Below are positions 37,160 to 50,924 of a stretch of DNA of 64,000 bases, piece after piece. The position numbers and the translations under genes were made by a program. The notes beneath the pieces are model-generated. The model was not told where the DNA came from. It saw only the letters and a program-made list of their open reading frames with translations, and ran no database searches. The first letter of the stretch is position 1. Every line of letters starts with the position of its first letter. The stretch is from Vicugna vicugna (lineage: Eukaryota). The stretch covers positions 2,324,686 through 2,388,685 of the forward strand of contig MU058337.1 of NCBI GenBank assembly GCA_013265495.1, written 5' to 3'.

Positions 37160-40100
37160 CTGATTTATGGCAGAAGTTCTCGCACAAGATGTGCGTGAGT
37201 AATTGGGGTCCCTTTTGTTTTACCCGCCTTTTTAATGGAAAGTAAATCCATTGATTAGATTATAGTAGAGGAGGGAAAAGAGAAGAGGGGGTCTTTTTTT
37301 CTTTTTTTTTTTTTTTAAACCAGAATTGCTCAGTACATATCTTGCTGTTCAGCTCGCCTGCTTGCTTAGGTCTGGGGATGCCATTCCAGCCCTGTGGGTT
37401 GCAGCCCAGAGGGCTGGGCCCCTTCTGCACAACTTACTTGAAGGCAAGTGTCAGTTTGTTGGATTCTTTATCCGTTTTGCCAAATTATCTGTGAGTAGGA
37501 GTACTGAAATAAGATCTTGAGCAACTTACTTTGGATGTTGGTTTTCTTTTGAAAAACAGTTATTACAAAACTCCTAGGACGGCTCACTTGCTTTTTTTCT
37601 TTTTTGTAAAAAGCAACGTCATCACTTTCTTCCAGTATTATATTTCTCCTCAATAATTGATATGTTACATTAAAGGAACACAAAATGGTCTTAATTATGC
37701 AATAATGATCAAGGCAAAGAGTGTTTCCTGGGAACTAATGGTTGCCCGAGAGGACATGATGGCTTGAGGTCCAGCTGGTTAATAACCCGCAGGAAATGTC
37801 GTGGGCCAAGATTTGTATTATTTCACTGAGACGAAAATGAACCCAAAAAAAAAGGACAAAATGGATTTTTTTTTTCCCACTAATGGGTAAAATGGCCTCA
37901 TTTTGGATGCAGAAGACATTTCAGTGGAAGGGATGTGTTTCATAACAGCTAAATCAAAATTTTCAGAGATCTCTACCTTTTGTTTTTAATACAGTACAGG
38001 ACAGATAGTATTCTACTTTTGACTAGAATAAAATTTCATTAAAATATGCAACTGAAAATACATTCAGAAAATAGTTATCTGGTAACAAGCAAAGAAAATA
38101 CAGGCTTTATATTCTTTTGTTTCTAGGATTCCTTCAAATACAATGTTAGGGACCAGTAGTTGACCAAAAAGACAGCTTTAATCTTAAGAAGCTTTACTCT
38201 TAGGTAAAACTGTGAGATTAAAGATGAATTATTTAACCTTCTTAACTGCAGTTGATTTATCTATAGTCCAAATGGATGCTAGGGTTGCCTTTATCTCTGT
38301 GATTGGTAGTGAGATTGTACAAAATGAGTGTTTATAAGCGTGAGTGCTATAAAAACGTAGCTATTGCTGTATTTGCTTTATCAGATTAACAAGTTAAAGA
38401 ACATATTTTATTTTGCCATGTTTTGATGGAGTAGGTCAAAGGGCAGAGACACCCAATGGAAAGAACTCCTAATGGCCAAAGTTGAAGTAATTTGAGAACA
38501 AAAGAAATAAGGTAGCATTGGGTTATAAACCAAAGTACAAAATAAGTATCCGTGTGTCCATACTAATGCACATAAATAATAGAATACATAAATAAGTGGA
38601 GAGAATTTATTCTCTCATTCAGAAGAATGACAAATAATTCGTGAACTCCAAATAATTTCTATTTTTGGTATATTTCATGATGTACGTAAAACATTAGTAT
38701 TGCTTAAAAATGTGTAATTTGTAAACAATGGTGTAGACCAAAAGTTGGAGCTATGTTCATCTTTTCTTATTAGACCTGTAGAAGCAGTTAAATATGTTCA
38801 TTGATTTTTTTCCCTAGGTTAGATTACAGGATAAAAGTAAACTCTTGTATACGACTAAGTGATGTATCATTTACTTACCTTTATCTTTTCTCAAAGCCTG
38901 GCTTACACGTAAATCTCTTCACATCCCTCGCTCAGTCTTCTCTCGGTGAGAGCTGGCCGTGTGCTGCAGAGAACGCAATCGACATGTTCCCTCTTAAGCA
39001 GGGTGTTTGTATAATCCCAGCGAAGGCCTTAGCTTGCCATTTGAACTTCCCTCCTTTTAAACATGTTCTCTTTATATCAAGTGAGTAGAAGAGGAAGAGG
39101 AACGCTCGAGGCAGAGCTCTGCGGCAGCCAGGGTCCTCTTTCTCAAGAAGCACCTTTCTACTGTGTTCAGTTTTGCACTTTTCCCTATTACCCATTCAAA
39201 TTTAGCCAGATATGGATTTGAACAGCTTGCACTGTATGTTTACTTTCCTAAAATATTGGAGCTGCTATTAACAGTTGGGTACAGTAATTAAAGTGATTAG
39301 AAGGATTTCATCCTTCCTTTAATTAACACACATTTATCATTGCCCAGTGAACAAGGGCAAGACGGTGGAGAGTGAAGATGGTTAGTTAGATTGCGTGTCT
39401 TCAAAGACTCTGCATTCCAGGACCTGACAAAGACATTTATAGATAATTACAATACAAGGTGGAGCACATAACAAATGTGAAATCTGTCCTTTCATATTTC
39501 AAAGTGAAAGTGATCAACTCTGGCTCAGCCCATCTACGAGGACTTAGTGGGAAGAGATGGCATTTGAACTTCTTAAAAGATAGTCTTCATCTCAGCAGCT
39601 GAAGGGGCCATTCAGGTGGTCAGTATCAGTACGTGCAGAAATGTGGGCTTCCCGAAAGAGTTCTAAGAGCTTTATACTTTTCAGAAGAATGAAAGTTTGA
39701 ATGCATATAAGAAGTTTAGAGTGAGCATTTATACCCATTTCACAGTGTGCGAGATGGATTAACACAGCTGTAAGATCAAATTCACACCTGGCCAGGTGCT
39801 CCCTCCCACAGGGCAAAGAAATCCAGCCGTCTCTACTGTTGCAGAGTAGCTCTGCCGCCCTGAAGAAGTTCTTCCTGGTAGAGATTTATTTGGGTCTACA
39901 AGTGTCCTCTTTAAAATGCAACCAACCCCTCAGTGTATTACAAGCACTATAGAAAAGTCACCTTCATTTTCACATAAAATGGCTTAAAAATCAGATTACT
40001 TTCCTCCAAATATTTAACATAATTTCCACTAAGGAAATAGAAATTTTAACAGTAGTTGGTGGAGAGAAGGGATTTTGGCATAAAAGAAAAATTGTGCATG

Positions 40101-42561
40101 GGAGAAAGACCAGAACAGAGAGCTGTGAGTAATCAGAGAGGAATTTTAAGGGAGCAGAAGAAACAGGGGCCTCAAAATCTAGGAGAGAAATGCAAGAAAG
40201 GAGGGGGTGAAGCAAGAGTACATTTTAATCATTTTGAATTTTACTACTAGTTGGCCCTTCACAGTTATTCTGATCAGATGAATCTTACTAAATAATAGTT
40301 TTTGACCCCATTTGAGTATTTGAAGTTACCTTAGATATTTGTCTTCTCAATCATATGGCTACACAGGTCAAGTGCACTGTCTATCAAATCAAACGCTCCC
40401 ATTCAAGTAGGCTGTCAAAATACCCCTGAAGAATGTTTGAACCCATGTCTGCAAATAGATACTTGACCTCATTGTACTTGAGTTGTATTTGAGAGCTTGT
40501 GTTTTCCATGGAAGACTTAGAACATTAGAGGACAAAAGATGGCTGTGTTTCTCTTGTTGGTAAACAGCTGAGACAGTGACTGCAGGCTCACTCTGTCTTC
40601 CACCCTTGCACGTGCGGTCCAGGTTGTGTCCAGAACTCACTGCGCTGTACATCAGTGATCCATGATGACACAGTGATCTGCTCCTCACTGGCCTGCAAAA
40701 CTTTTGAGGCGACAAATTCCTTCATTCTTACTATCTATCTGGAATGGTGACTACCATCGAAATTCATATTGAATGAATGAATGAATGAATGGTGAATGCT
40801 TTCTGAATATTCTATGACTAGTCTATACATTCTTCTAGTGCTATATTTAGATACTGTTTTGCCATAGGAGTCACAGATTATCAAAGTAATTTTTTCCTTT
40901 GTGTTTTGATTTTTTTCCTAAAAAAAAAATAGGACTTGGACAGGAACACCATAGTTAGCTCTTCTAGATCTAAACACTCTATCTCTTGATCTAGAGTGTG
41001 AGCTGAAAGCAGGGATGGACTGAAGATTAATCATACTGGAAATTAAACATACCTGGTACTTACCAACATTCCATGGTTTCCGTGGACTCCACCCCATTCT
41101 TTATCCCCTAAGAACTGATCTTTCAAAGAGAAATGGAAAATGTGATTGTGTTCTGTCACTGCTCAAAACTAGCTGAGGTCTCAGCATGGCGTTTGATAGG
41201 CCATGTGGTAAAGCTTGACACGTGACTGTCATTCTATAGTTTATACACAGCTAATATGGTCTATATATTTTCAGTAATAACTGAAAATTTTTGATGATCA
41301 CCTCTTCGCAGGAGTTCAAAGTATTCAGCGTGACTCAGTTTTCCTTTCTGAAACCTGTACAATCAAATTATATACCAGTACGACTTGTGAATTTTGTTTC
41401 CACCCAATATATATATAAACATAAAATATTATGGGAAAAATGCTGATTAACAAACTTCCTGGAATGAATATAGAGTATGTTCTGATGAGACAGATTTTTT
41501 TCCTCCACAGTATTGATTTTCTGTGCTTCTGTCATGGGTCAGCTACTTGATCGTTCCTGTGCTAAACACAAACGCCTTACCCAACATTTTCCCACAAAGA
41601 AGTTACATTAAGTAGTGAGAGGATAAGCCAAACACATGTAAAAGATTTCTAGGGAAATGGAAACAAATAGCAAAGTGGTAAATTGAGGGAAACAAGAAAA
41701 ATAGTGCTTTCCACCTTTAAAGAAATTCAAGACAATGATTACGGAAGGCAACATGGGACTTACAAAGGAACTTCATGAATGGATATAATTTATACACACA
41801 AAAAGAGGGAGCAGAGTTTCCACACACAAGATACTTTTGTTGAATTTGATATTTTTTTCTTTGTCTAGTTCTACTCAGAATGTCAAAAGCTTTCTATCTA
41901 AGAACAAGTGTGACAAGTTTCACTTCTTACGGTTGTTTTATTGCTTCTCTTATTAATTGTGTTCATTGGAGTCGTTACCTGGTAGACCCCAATCCAAGTA
42001 CTTGTCCTACATAATTCATGCTAAGGTGCCGTGGGCTAAAGATGCAGTGTTCCTTAAAGGCCTCTGCAAGCTTCATTTATGCTGGAATTTCTATAAGAGT
42101 GTAGTCAAGACTGTTAATGGAAAATTAAGATGATATAAATATATAAGAACTGGGAAATATATAATCCTAAACATTTCACATTATTTTTATCATCTCCCTT
42201 TCCCATAGCCCTATCAGGCCTTGGATACTAACAGAAAAACCAAAGTTATAAACTTCTCTCTGGATGTTTATTGCTCAGGCTACAGTGCATGCAGTCTTGG
42301 TTCTGAAGCTCTAACTCAAATAATGACATTGTTTTACCCTCTGACATGTCAAAAAAGAGCATAATTGTTGCTGTGGTTGTGAATTAGGAACAAATGTGTT
42401 TTTGAAGACAATGTATTTTTCTTTTGATTTTCATTCCTAGCTTCACAACATATGTATACATAGAGGTCACCTGTGATTTTAATATATTCACACCTTCACA
42501 CACACTCATGTACATATGCTTTCAAATACAAACACACAAATATGTAAACATATGTATATAA

Positions 42562-42567
<6 letters not shown>

Positions 42568-42590
<23 letters not shown>
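42568..42590. repeat. (CA)n microsatellite
   Basis: Direct CA dinucleotide run. Confidence 0.9.
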
Positions 42591-42593
<3 letters not shown>

Positions 42594-43473
42594 ATGTAAA
42601 GATTTGTTGCAATGCGATTCACTCTCAAATCTCTTTCCTGTTATGCTTATGATTAAGATCTATTACTTACTGGGGTTGATTTAATTTTTTCACAAGATTG
42701 AGTTGAACTAAAGAGCCAGAATATTATGGTGCTAAAAAGATTTGAGGTCTTGACACCAAGCACTTAAAATGTTCCCTGTTGAAACATAAATATAAACACT
42801 AATTACAGAAAAATAGAAACATTTGTAACTTTCAAAACTACTTCTCACTGAATGCATGTTGAGAGCCAGGTTATGTTCAGGATCCAGGAATGAGGGCATT
42901 ACCCACAAAGCGTAGATGGGGAAACCACTACATAGAGAAAGCCCTCTGCCCCAGACCTCACAGAAAGTGGGAGAGCGAGGGCGCGGCGCGGTTCTCCATC
43001 ACTTTTATTCCAAAGCCAAATCCTCATGCATAAAAGCAGAAATATCCCCACTCTTTCTACGTGCTAACTCCTTCTGCTATACTCATTTAACTTCATACGT
43101 GTTTTATATGGATTCGTGCTTGACATGAAAATCACAGCATTTTGGTGCTAGAATGGACCTTATTTTAGTAATTGGGTACTGAGATACATTCCTCTGTGAG
43201 TTCTCTTCTTTCTGAAAAATCTGTAAAAATCAATAGAACCATCAGTTCCCTTTCAGTTGGGTTTTAACTTTTATAAGACTTCAACCTCCAGCCTGATCTG
43301 TGACCCATCTGCTTGACAATTCCAGCAAAGAGAGCAGGTAAAATCCAAAGGCACAGGGAAGGTAAAACCCATGGGAAAATGGGTTTTGTTACCACAAAGA
43401 ACCCTTCCCCTGACCACAGACGCAGAAAGATCAGGGCTTCCCAAATTATCTATGGCAAAAAGAAAGCAGTTCT

Positions 43474-43800
43474 TTTATTTGTATTGATTTCCACTGTATT
43501 GTGGGCCAGCACAACAATATTTGACCTAGCACGCATGGCCCGTTTGTGGCTTGTGACACATAATAATTCACCAAGTTCAACCAAACCCTCCTCGTCCCTA
43601 ACCAGCTTCAGGAGATGAGCCCGCTGAGACCTGGGGACTATGGTGATACCATATTTCTATTAAGATTTTCAGAATCTTAGCTGTAACTTCTGAAGGCATA
43701 TCCACACTGGTTGTAACAGGTTTTGGTCTGATTTCGGTTAACAGACCACACCTCAAGAGAAACTTTCTCGGTAATTCGTAACATCCACACTGACAATCCA
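43474..43800 (-). pseudogene. Gene A terminal exon with stop codon and polyA signal
   Basis: gtttttctcag|TG GAT; DCQCGCYELPRKFLLRCGLLTEIRPKPVTTSVDMPSEVTAKILKILIEIWYHHSPQVSAGSSPEAG*; TAG 43600-43598; AATAAA 43479-43474. Confidence 0.7.
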
Positions 43801-45532
43801 CTGAGAAAAACTGAAGTTAGTGCAACCTTTGTTTGGCTGGGAATTTAGATTATAATTTGTATGTATTGTGTTCAATATGTAAAGAATTCGAATCACATCG
43901 TATTTAGAAAAAGTTTTACACCCTTTCCGCTTAGAGCACGTAAGTCACTAGAACTCATCAGAGAAGTGTGCGTCCCTGGCCACCTGGGCCCGGGAGTGAT
44001 GTCGGCATCTGCCCATCGCCTCTGATGTGCAAATAAACTGAGAGGTAAAGCGCTCATCAGCAGTGGGCGGGGAGAAAGGAAAGGCCACACCCCCAGCTGG
44101 CCATGGTGATTGACAGCATGTTAGTATTACAGTGAAACAGGATGTTTGCTACTGCAGTCACTAGGAGCGAGCAACGGCTGGATGTCAGCACATAGAGGAA
44201 ATCAGGTTTCACAGTCACGTGGAATCAATCTGAAAATCTGGATAGTGCTTGGACTTCAAGTAAACCAAAAGCAGTCAGAGGAGACAGACAGAGGTTGAGA
44301 TGCTGCAACGAAATGACAAGTGGGGTGCCTCCTGTGTTGTGTGAGCCCATCAGGACTTTTGATGGAATTTAGTCCATTTTAATCCAGACTTTAAATACGT
44401 GCATGACTAACCACTCGATCATAGTCCACGAAGCACATGTCCATTATTAGTTTCCATTTCCACTGTGGCAGACACCTAGGGGGCAGCCAGTCCCCTGTGG
44501 CCACCATCCAGGCTAAGATGAGCACCTTCAAAGACTGTGTGAGCTCTTTTCTCTCATCCAGAAGGAGACCCTGTGGGGCTTCACACACTTGATCTTGCTG
44601 CCACCGTGATCTCTGGGTGACGCTGGTACAATGAGGACACGGAGCTTCTTAATTTCCCACATCCCCGATCTCGTGAGTGGGAAGTCAAAGATCACTGCTG
44701 CTTATTTGTATGTTTTTCAATCACTTACAAGTTAGAGAATCTCAAGTGCCCTTCTAAGCCTTTTGGGTTTCCTCCGTTTCTCATTCCCTTCTATGTTTTC
44801 CCCACATATCTGTTGCTAGTTTTTTGCTCTTGCAAAGATCTTTTAAGATACAATCATTATTACCATCATCATTATTATTTTCATTATTAATAATAGCAGT
44901 AGCAGGAATTAAATTTAGTTTTGCCATTCACACTTGGGTCTTTAGTCCCATCAATTCTAAATTCGTATATGGTACCATTATTTTTCTCCACATGTGGTGC
45001 GTTACATGTCTCTGCGCCCTCTGCCAAGCAGCCTGGCCTTCCCACATCATATATTCAGTGTCCATAAATACATAGATCTGTCCTGAGTTTTACTTGGCTT
45101 CATTGGTCAATTCATCTGTTCTCACTGTGGTGACCTGCTGTGTGTTATTCATGTTATGGCTTTGCAGTCTGTCTGAAAAATCTTTTTCTTTTTAAATAGA
45201 TTTTATTTTTGAATGTTTTAGGTAGGATTATTTTTAGATAGATTCATCTGTACGTTGGGCCTATCTTTCTACCTTCTCTGTTTTGCTTATTTTATCTTTT
45301 TTCATTAATTTGTTTTTGGATTGAGGCATAGACTCATTCAACTAAGAGTAACAGCAGTGGCCATCTCTTTGACGCACTGGTGTTTGTAACCTGTCTTTAA
45401 CAGAACAGCCTCTGTAGTTTTGAGTCAAGACAGGGATGGTGCACATAATTCAGCTCTTCATTTCAGTCAAGGTTTCCTGAGATTCTGCTGTGTGTTCTGC
45501 ACTAAGCAAGGTAGCCTGTCCTTGGTTACAGG

Positions 45533-45715
45533 ACAGTCAGTTACAACGTGGCAATTTCTGGTGTACAGCACAGCGTCCCAGTCACGCATATACATACGTA
45601 TATTCGTTTTCATATGCTTTTTCATTAAAGGTTATTAAAGATATTGAAAGTAGTTTTGTGTGCTATACAGAAGAAATTTGTTTTTTTATTTATATTTTAT
45701 ATATAGTGATTATCA
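45533..45715 (-). mobile_element. Short 3' fragment of lineage-specific (camelid-like) L1
   Basis: acagtcagttacaacgtggcaatttctggtgtacagc...ttcattaaaggttatt...tgtgctatacagaagaaa. Confidence 0.75.
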
Positions 45716-47526
45716 TTTATAACGGGTGACCCCTTACCCTTCAAGGCCAAGTTCAAATGAAATTTCTTCTAAGCAGAATGCTGCCCATTACCAGACTTAA
45801 ACGGGTGAAAGCGAGCGCCCCTCCAAACGCGGTTGCAGTGAGCTGTCTCACAGCACCCCTAAGACCATCCTGACAGGGCCCTCGTGGGCTTCCAGAGGCT
45901 CCACGGAGTACGAGAGTCAGTCTGAATTTTGGGTCAGAACACTGTTTTCAATGTTCACCTGACCGCTTTTTATTTTAGGCCGTGATAGTAAAATAGTAGT
46001 GTTCTGTGTCTCAAAATTCCTGACAGGGATCTTAATTTGCCAAACCACAAAAAAATGTTAGCCGTGTCGCTTCTGAACTTCAGTCGTTTATGTGCACTTC
46101 AAACGTAAGTAACTTAGGAATGAGGGAGAGTCATAAAAGAATTTTTTTGGTGAAGCTTGACTTCCGGAGATTTTGCTTTGCTCATGTCCTGGTGTAAGTC
46201 TTTCTTATTTAAGATGTATATTGACTTAAGCTAACACAATTGCATCAGATGCTGATTTTGTGTGTGGGGGGGAGATGTAAGTGGAGGTCCCTACCTAAAT
46301 TTACCAGAGCTCAAACCTTCTCATGTATAAATTAGGTAGCATTCCAGAGTTTGACATTATTGTTAGAGAGTCCTTTCTGAAGCTTGAAACCTAAGCTTCT
46401 GCCCAAAAGGTACCTGGTTAATCTGCTTCAAATAGCGGCGAATGCTTTATCATTACCCAAACGGGGAAGGGCCGGCTGACTGCGGCCTCCTTAAAGGTTC
46501 CCGGATGATATATGGGGTCTAAATAAAGGCTTATCAGGTGACCGTACATCAGAACACTGATAAAACTTCCTCAGGAAAGCACCAAATGGAACAAGGGCCT
46601 ATTCAGAAAATGTTAGTTTGTAGATACGCCATTACAATGGAACTCATCTAAATGACAGCGTGGCTTAAGTGTGGAATTTTTCCTCCCAGGCCAGGAAATT
46701 CTAGGGCAGGAACCAAAGCGCGGCTCAGCTCTTGAGAAGTGGCCGGAATCCAGGTTGTTTTTCTGCCGTGGGCTGGTTTCTGAGACCTGTGAGGTCTGGA
46801 AGATAAGAACCCGATAGCCGATTAGCTGCACATGTGGCGCTGGTCAGGTTCGCAGAAGGAGCAGGAGGCCTCAGGGGAGGCGCCGTTTTCCCTGAGGTCC
46901 TTACTGGTTGAGCACAATGTAATGTTCAAACTTGAAATCCTGATGTGAAAATGGGAGAAAGGGCAAAAGATGTGTGAGCCACAGAAACAGAATCGAGCTC
47001 TTGTCACTTTTTATGGTGGAATGAAGGCCATCGTGTGTCTCTCTTCCAAATCAGAAGAGTGTGCGTCTGTATTTTGTTTTGTTTTCCATTTTATGTCGTG
47101 CTTATAAAAATTGTACTCTGTGCCCTCAGTGCATGACAGGGCTCTTTTAAAGGGCTCCTTTTAAGGGTTGCTGGACCCTTTGTCCATTAGAAATACTAAG
47201 GCCCACAATTTTGTGCAAATAATCCCAGAGAATGGAACCTCTTAAGTTAATTGTGTCGTCCTCACTAATTCCCATCAAGGATGTGAAAACCCCGACTTCA
47301 GTGATCTTTGGGATGATTAGTGTATGTATCCAGGAAGTCCTTTTCCTTATCTAATCTAAGTCACTCTAGCTGTAATTCCTCCTGTTTTGTTTTTGATGGA
47401 GAAAATGGGCCCATTTCCACATTATAGGCAGTGGTAATGGGGCTGTCATGTGTTTTGGACCACAGTGAAAGCAAATGGAAGGGGGCAGCTGATTAACTTG
47501 TTTTCAATTGTCATTTTGTTATATAC

Positions 47527-47529
<3 letters not shown>

Positions 47530-47561
<32 letters not shown>
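47530..47561. repeat. (TG)n microsatellite, about 16 units
   Basis: Direct GT dinucleotide run. Confidence 0.95.
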
Positions 47562-47563
<2 letters not shown>

Positions 47564-48420
47564 CGAGGAAGCAATTGCTTGTTAACGTAATTGGTAGATT
47601 GCAGGTAAACTATGCATTTGGGATTCCAACTCAGGCCTGACTACCTCTAAAGTCCATATCCATTTTTTTCCTATATTATAGCTGAAGTATGAAAGAAGAA
47701 AAGCATGGTTCGTATAACCCAGAAAAGCGTTATGGTGTTTATATAACACTTGGGGAGAGGATGTTTGAAATAGGCTTCATGAATTTACTCACAGCTGTAC
47801 TGAGAAACAATATCTGAAAGCGTCAGGGAATCAGAGGGTAAAACAAATCGACACGTTCAATTAACTTGTGTCACTGTGATCTCATTTGTGCGTAAGCATG
47901 CTCATTAAATGCCACACATATGAAATGATACTCAGATTTATCACAAAAGTTATAGTAGAAAGGTTGGTGAACAGTTAGGATTTGCAAGAACAAATCCACA
48001 CTTCACCATGAAAGGGTTAGTTGTCCAGATGAGTGTCTGTTCTAGCTGTGGGAAGTGATAGGACATAAATCGGTCCAGCCCTAGCTACTCTAGGGAGAAA
48101 TCACAGTACCTAGGGCGACGTTGCCATCAGCGTCAGTTATATTCATAACAGCACGGTCAACATTTATTGGCTTCATCCAAGGAAAGATGCTACCTGGGCT
48201 CAGCTGTGTGCTTGCTGGGAGGGTGATGTGAAAGCAGGTTGGACCCAGTTGAGATGGGAAACAGCAAAGTCCACAGTCTTACAGATTGTCAGTACTTGAC
48301 CCCTCTATAGAGCACAGCTTCATTCTTGGTGTCTGACTGAATGTCCATGCTTCATTTTGGGGCAAAATCCTAAGAATTCTTCAGCTTTTTAAAGTTTAAT
48401 TTTTTTTCATAGCTACTTGC

Positions 48421-48498
48421 ATTTAGTTTTGTCATAAAATGAATTTAAAGGAAGTATTGAGCCTGGTTTTGTCTTTGAGGAGTTTTGAATATTGTTGA
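48421..48498 (-). pseudogene. Gene A exon (78 nt, phase 1-1), GC donor
   Basis: tttttccatttattttgtctag|TC AAC...AAA T|gcaagt; NNIQNSSKTKPGSILPLNSFYDKTK. Confidence 0.65.
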
Positions 48499-50527
48499 CT
48501 AGACAAAATAAATGGAAAAAGCGAGCAGAAGCAGGATTTGAGCCCTTTCTCATTAACCTTCTGTATTAGACAGGTCAGTTCTGTGTCTGGGCCCGTGTCA
48601 ACTGAAAGAGTTGGACTACACTGTGTCTTGACCAAGTTCTACTGGAATTTGGTAATTCTATCATCCTCCTAAATGATGTGGAGTAATTATGGTACAGAAA
48701 ATAAGGTCAAAGGATTCCAAGGAAGGGGAGAGGAAGAGAGAGTTAGATGTGGTCAGAGAAACTGTGAATTAGACAAGCTTTTGGCTGATATTAAAAGCAA
48801 AGTTAAGAATTAGCTTAATGGATGAGTCAAAGGGAGGAGGATTATGATAGGAAAAATAGAAGGAATGAGGAGAAATGAAAAATGCATGAGGTAGTCACCT
48901 GGTATTGAGAAGTTTGACTTAACTGCTAAGAATGGAAGATGGTTTTATGTAAGAGGGTAGCAGGTCCGTTACAGAAAGCCATGGACCAGGGCTGCCAGGG
49001 CTGGATTTGATCTCATGGATAGTGAGAAGTCTTTGAAAGCATAAATCAGGGATCTTTCTTATCAGACACAGAGAAAAGGGAAATGCTCATCTGGATTTGC
49101 TTGAGCTAGACGAAACTGCTAGTCACCATTTCCAGTTATGAACTGATCCATAAACTATTTGACCAAAGAAACTAATCAAATGACATAATAAACAAACAAA
49201 AATTTGCAATCTCTTGAAATTGCAAAGACCTGGCAAAACAGACCCTACGATTCCACATGGTAACAATTAGCAGGGTCTGGGTTTCGTCCATGACCTTCAA
49301 CAGGGCCTGTAAGCTCCAGGTTGTTACAACTAAAGGTGGACCTGCTGCTCATGGTCTCCCTGAAATAGGAGGGTGTTTGAGTTCCAGACAACCAGTGTAG
49401 GGATCTAGATGGAAGGTTGCTTTAGAAAACTTCTATAGCGATCTCTTCCACCGGGGAAGAGAGTTCTCTCTCAGCTCTGTTTTGAAAGCACAGTAAGTAT
49501 AACCGTGACTGAGTGATTTGCTATAGGAGAGACGGGGAGAACTAGCTCGCACTGCGATGAAGCTGAAAAGTATTTAGCATGGATATTAATCACCGGTGAT
49601 GCTTTTGAAAGTCTTCAGATAACAGACACTTAATTGCATAATTTTAGCATCATATGATGTGGCAAGTTGAAAATACCATCTTTATTCACCTGCTCATTTA
49701 TAGCTTTCCTCAGAATTTTGGCATATTTTGATCGGCCCAGAATAGATACAAATGCTAAACAAAGCCTGTATTGTCCTAGTTTTTGCTTACATTAGTTTTG
49801 AGTACACAGATTTCTTGTCTAGCACTTTGCAAGGAATTTTTAAAATTTGATGGAGTGCGATTTTATAAATGAAATAGTACATCTTAAGATCGAGTACCAA
49901 AGAGGGATCAGGAACATCATACTTGAACATGAAAACCCACTAAACATAGCTAAATTGAGGCCAGGAAAGCAAAGATTTAACAGTGATCCAACTAGACACT
50001 GATTTATGTACATGGTGTACGATCCAGGTGTTTACAAAGGAGAGAGGGATGAAACTAAGCAGAAAGAAGAATCGTATGCTATTTACTGTAATTACATTTT
50101 GTGTGCATTTTGACTCTTAGGTGAATTCTGAAGCCCTTGAAATCAGAAAATTGTTAATTTTTGTTTGTTCTACTATACTTAGTTCAAAATTGGCTGCATA
50201 GTAAGTACTTTCTGAAGTCAGTTCAATTAATATACAATTAGTAGTTTTTAAAAAAATCTTTTTGTATTTTTTCTTATTTAAATAGTTTTTAACTCTAATC
50301 CCCAGATCTGAAGATAGCTTGGAAAACTAGAACACATTTGCAAAAATGAATAATTTGGCTTCAGTTGGTTATTGGAAGTATTGGAGTAAAATAAAACAAT
50401 TTAAAGAGTAAAAAGAAAACTTGAAGTAGGTAAGGAGGGGCTCAAAATCACCCTGCTTCTTGGTTTCCAGTAAATTTTGGATCTGCAGTAAATTTATGTA
50501 GACAAAGCAAGCACACAATAGTTTCAC

Positions 50528-50696
50528 CAGACATTCACAGCATGTGATTCCAAGACCATTGCAGGATTTGGTTTGAGTTTATTTTCTGAGTTGTCTTGGA
50601 AGCTTTCCTTCCCAGGTATGTCTTCTCTTCTGTCTCATGGATCATGTCTTATTTCAACTCCTCTGACAGCTCTTCAGGCATTAGCTGCAGAATCAT
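50528..50696 (-). pseudogene. Gene A exon (169 nt, phase 0-1) with two stops
   Basis: cctacag|ATG ATT...TCT G|gtgaaa; MILQLMPEELSEELK*DMIHETEEKTYLGRKASKTTQKINSNQILQWSWNHML*MS; TAA 50651-50649, TGA 50537-50535. Confidence 0.7.
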
Positions 50697-50777
50697 CTGT
50701 AGGCCCAGTAGGGGAGAGAGGCAAACCAAATACACACTGAATGGGGAACAAGAAGTTTCCAGCAGTCGATACATTAC

Positions 50778-50924
50778 TCTCCCCTGTAAAGGAGCAGATC
50801 TGCTAAGCATACGGAGACAAGCTCCAGGATCCATAGGAGAACTTCTAAATAGACGGCCATCCTGTGAAAATTTATATCTTGACTTGAGGATATGTTTTGA
50901 TAGCATAAGTAATATTCTCATAAA
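50778..50924 (-). pseudogene. Gene A exon (147 nt) with frameshift(s)
   Basis: aaaag|TT TAT...GA|gtaatg; VYENITYAIKTYPQVK / DINFHRMAVYLEVLLWILELVSVCLADLLLYRGE; restoring two single bases gives phase 1-0; followed by an 81-nt intron. Confidence 0.7.
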
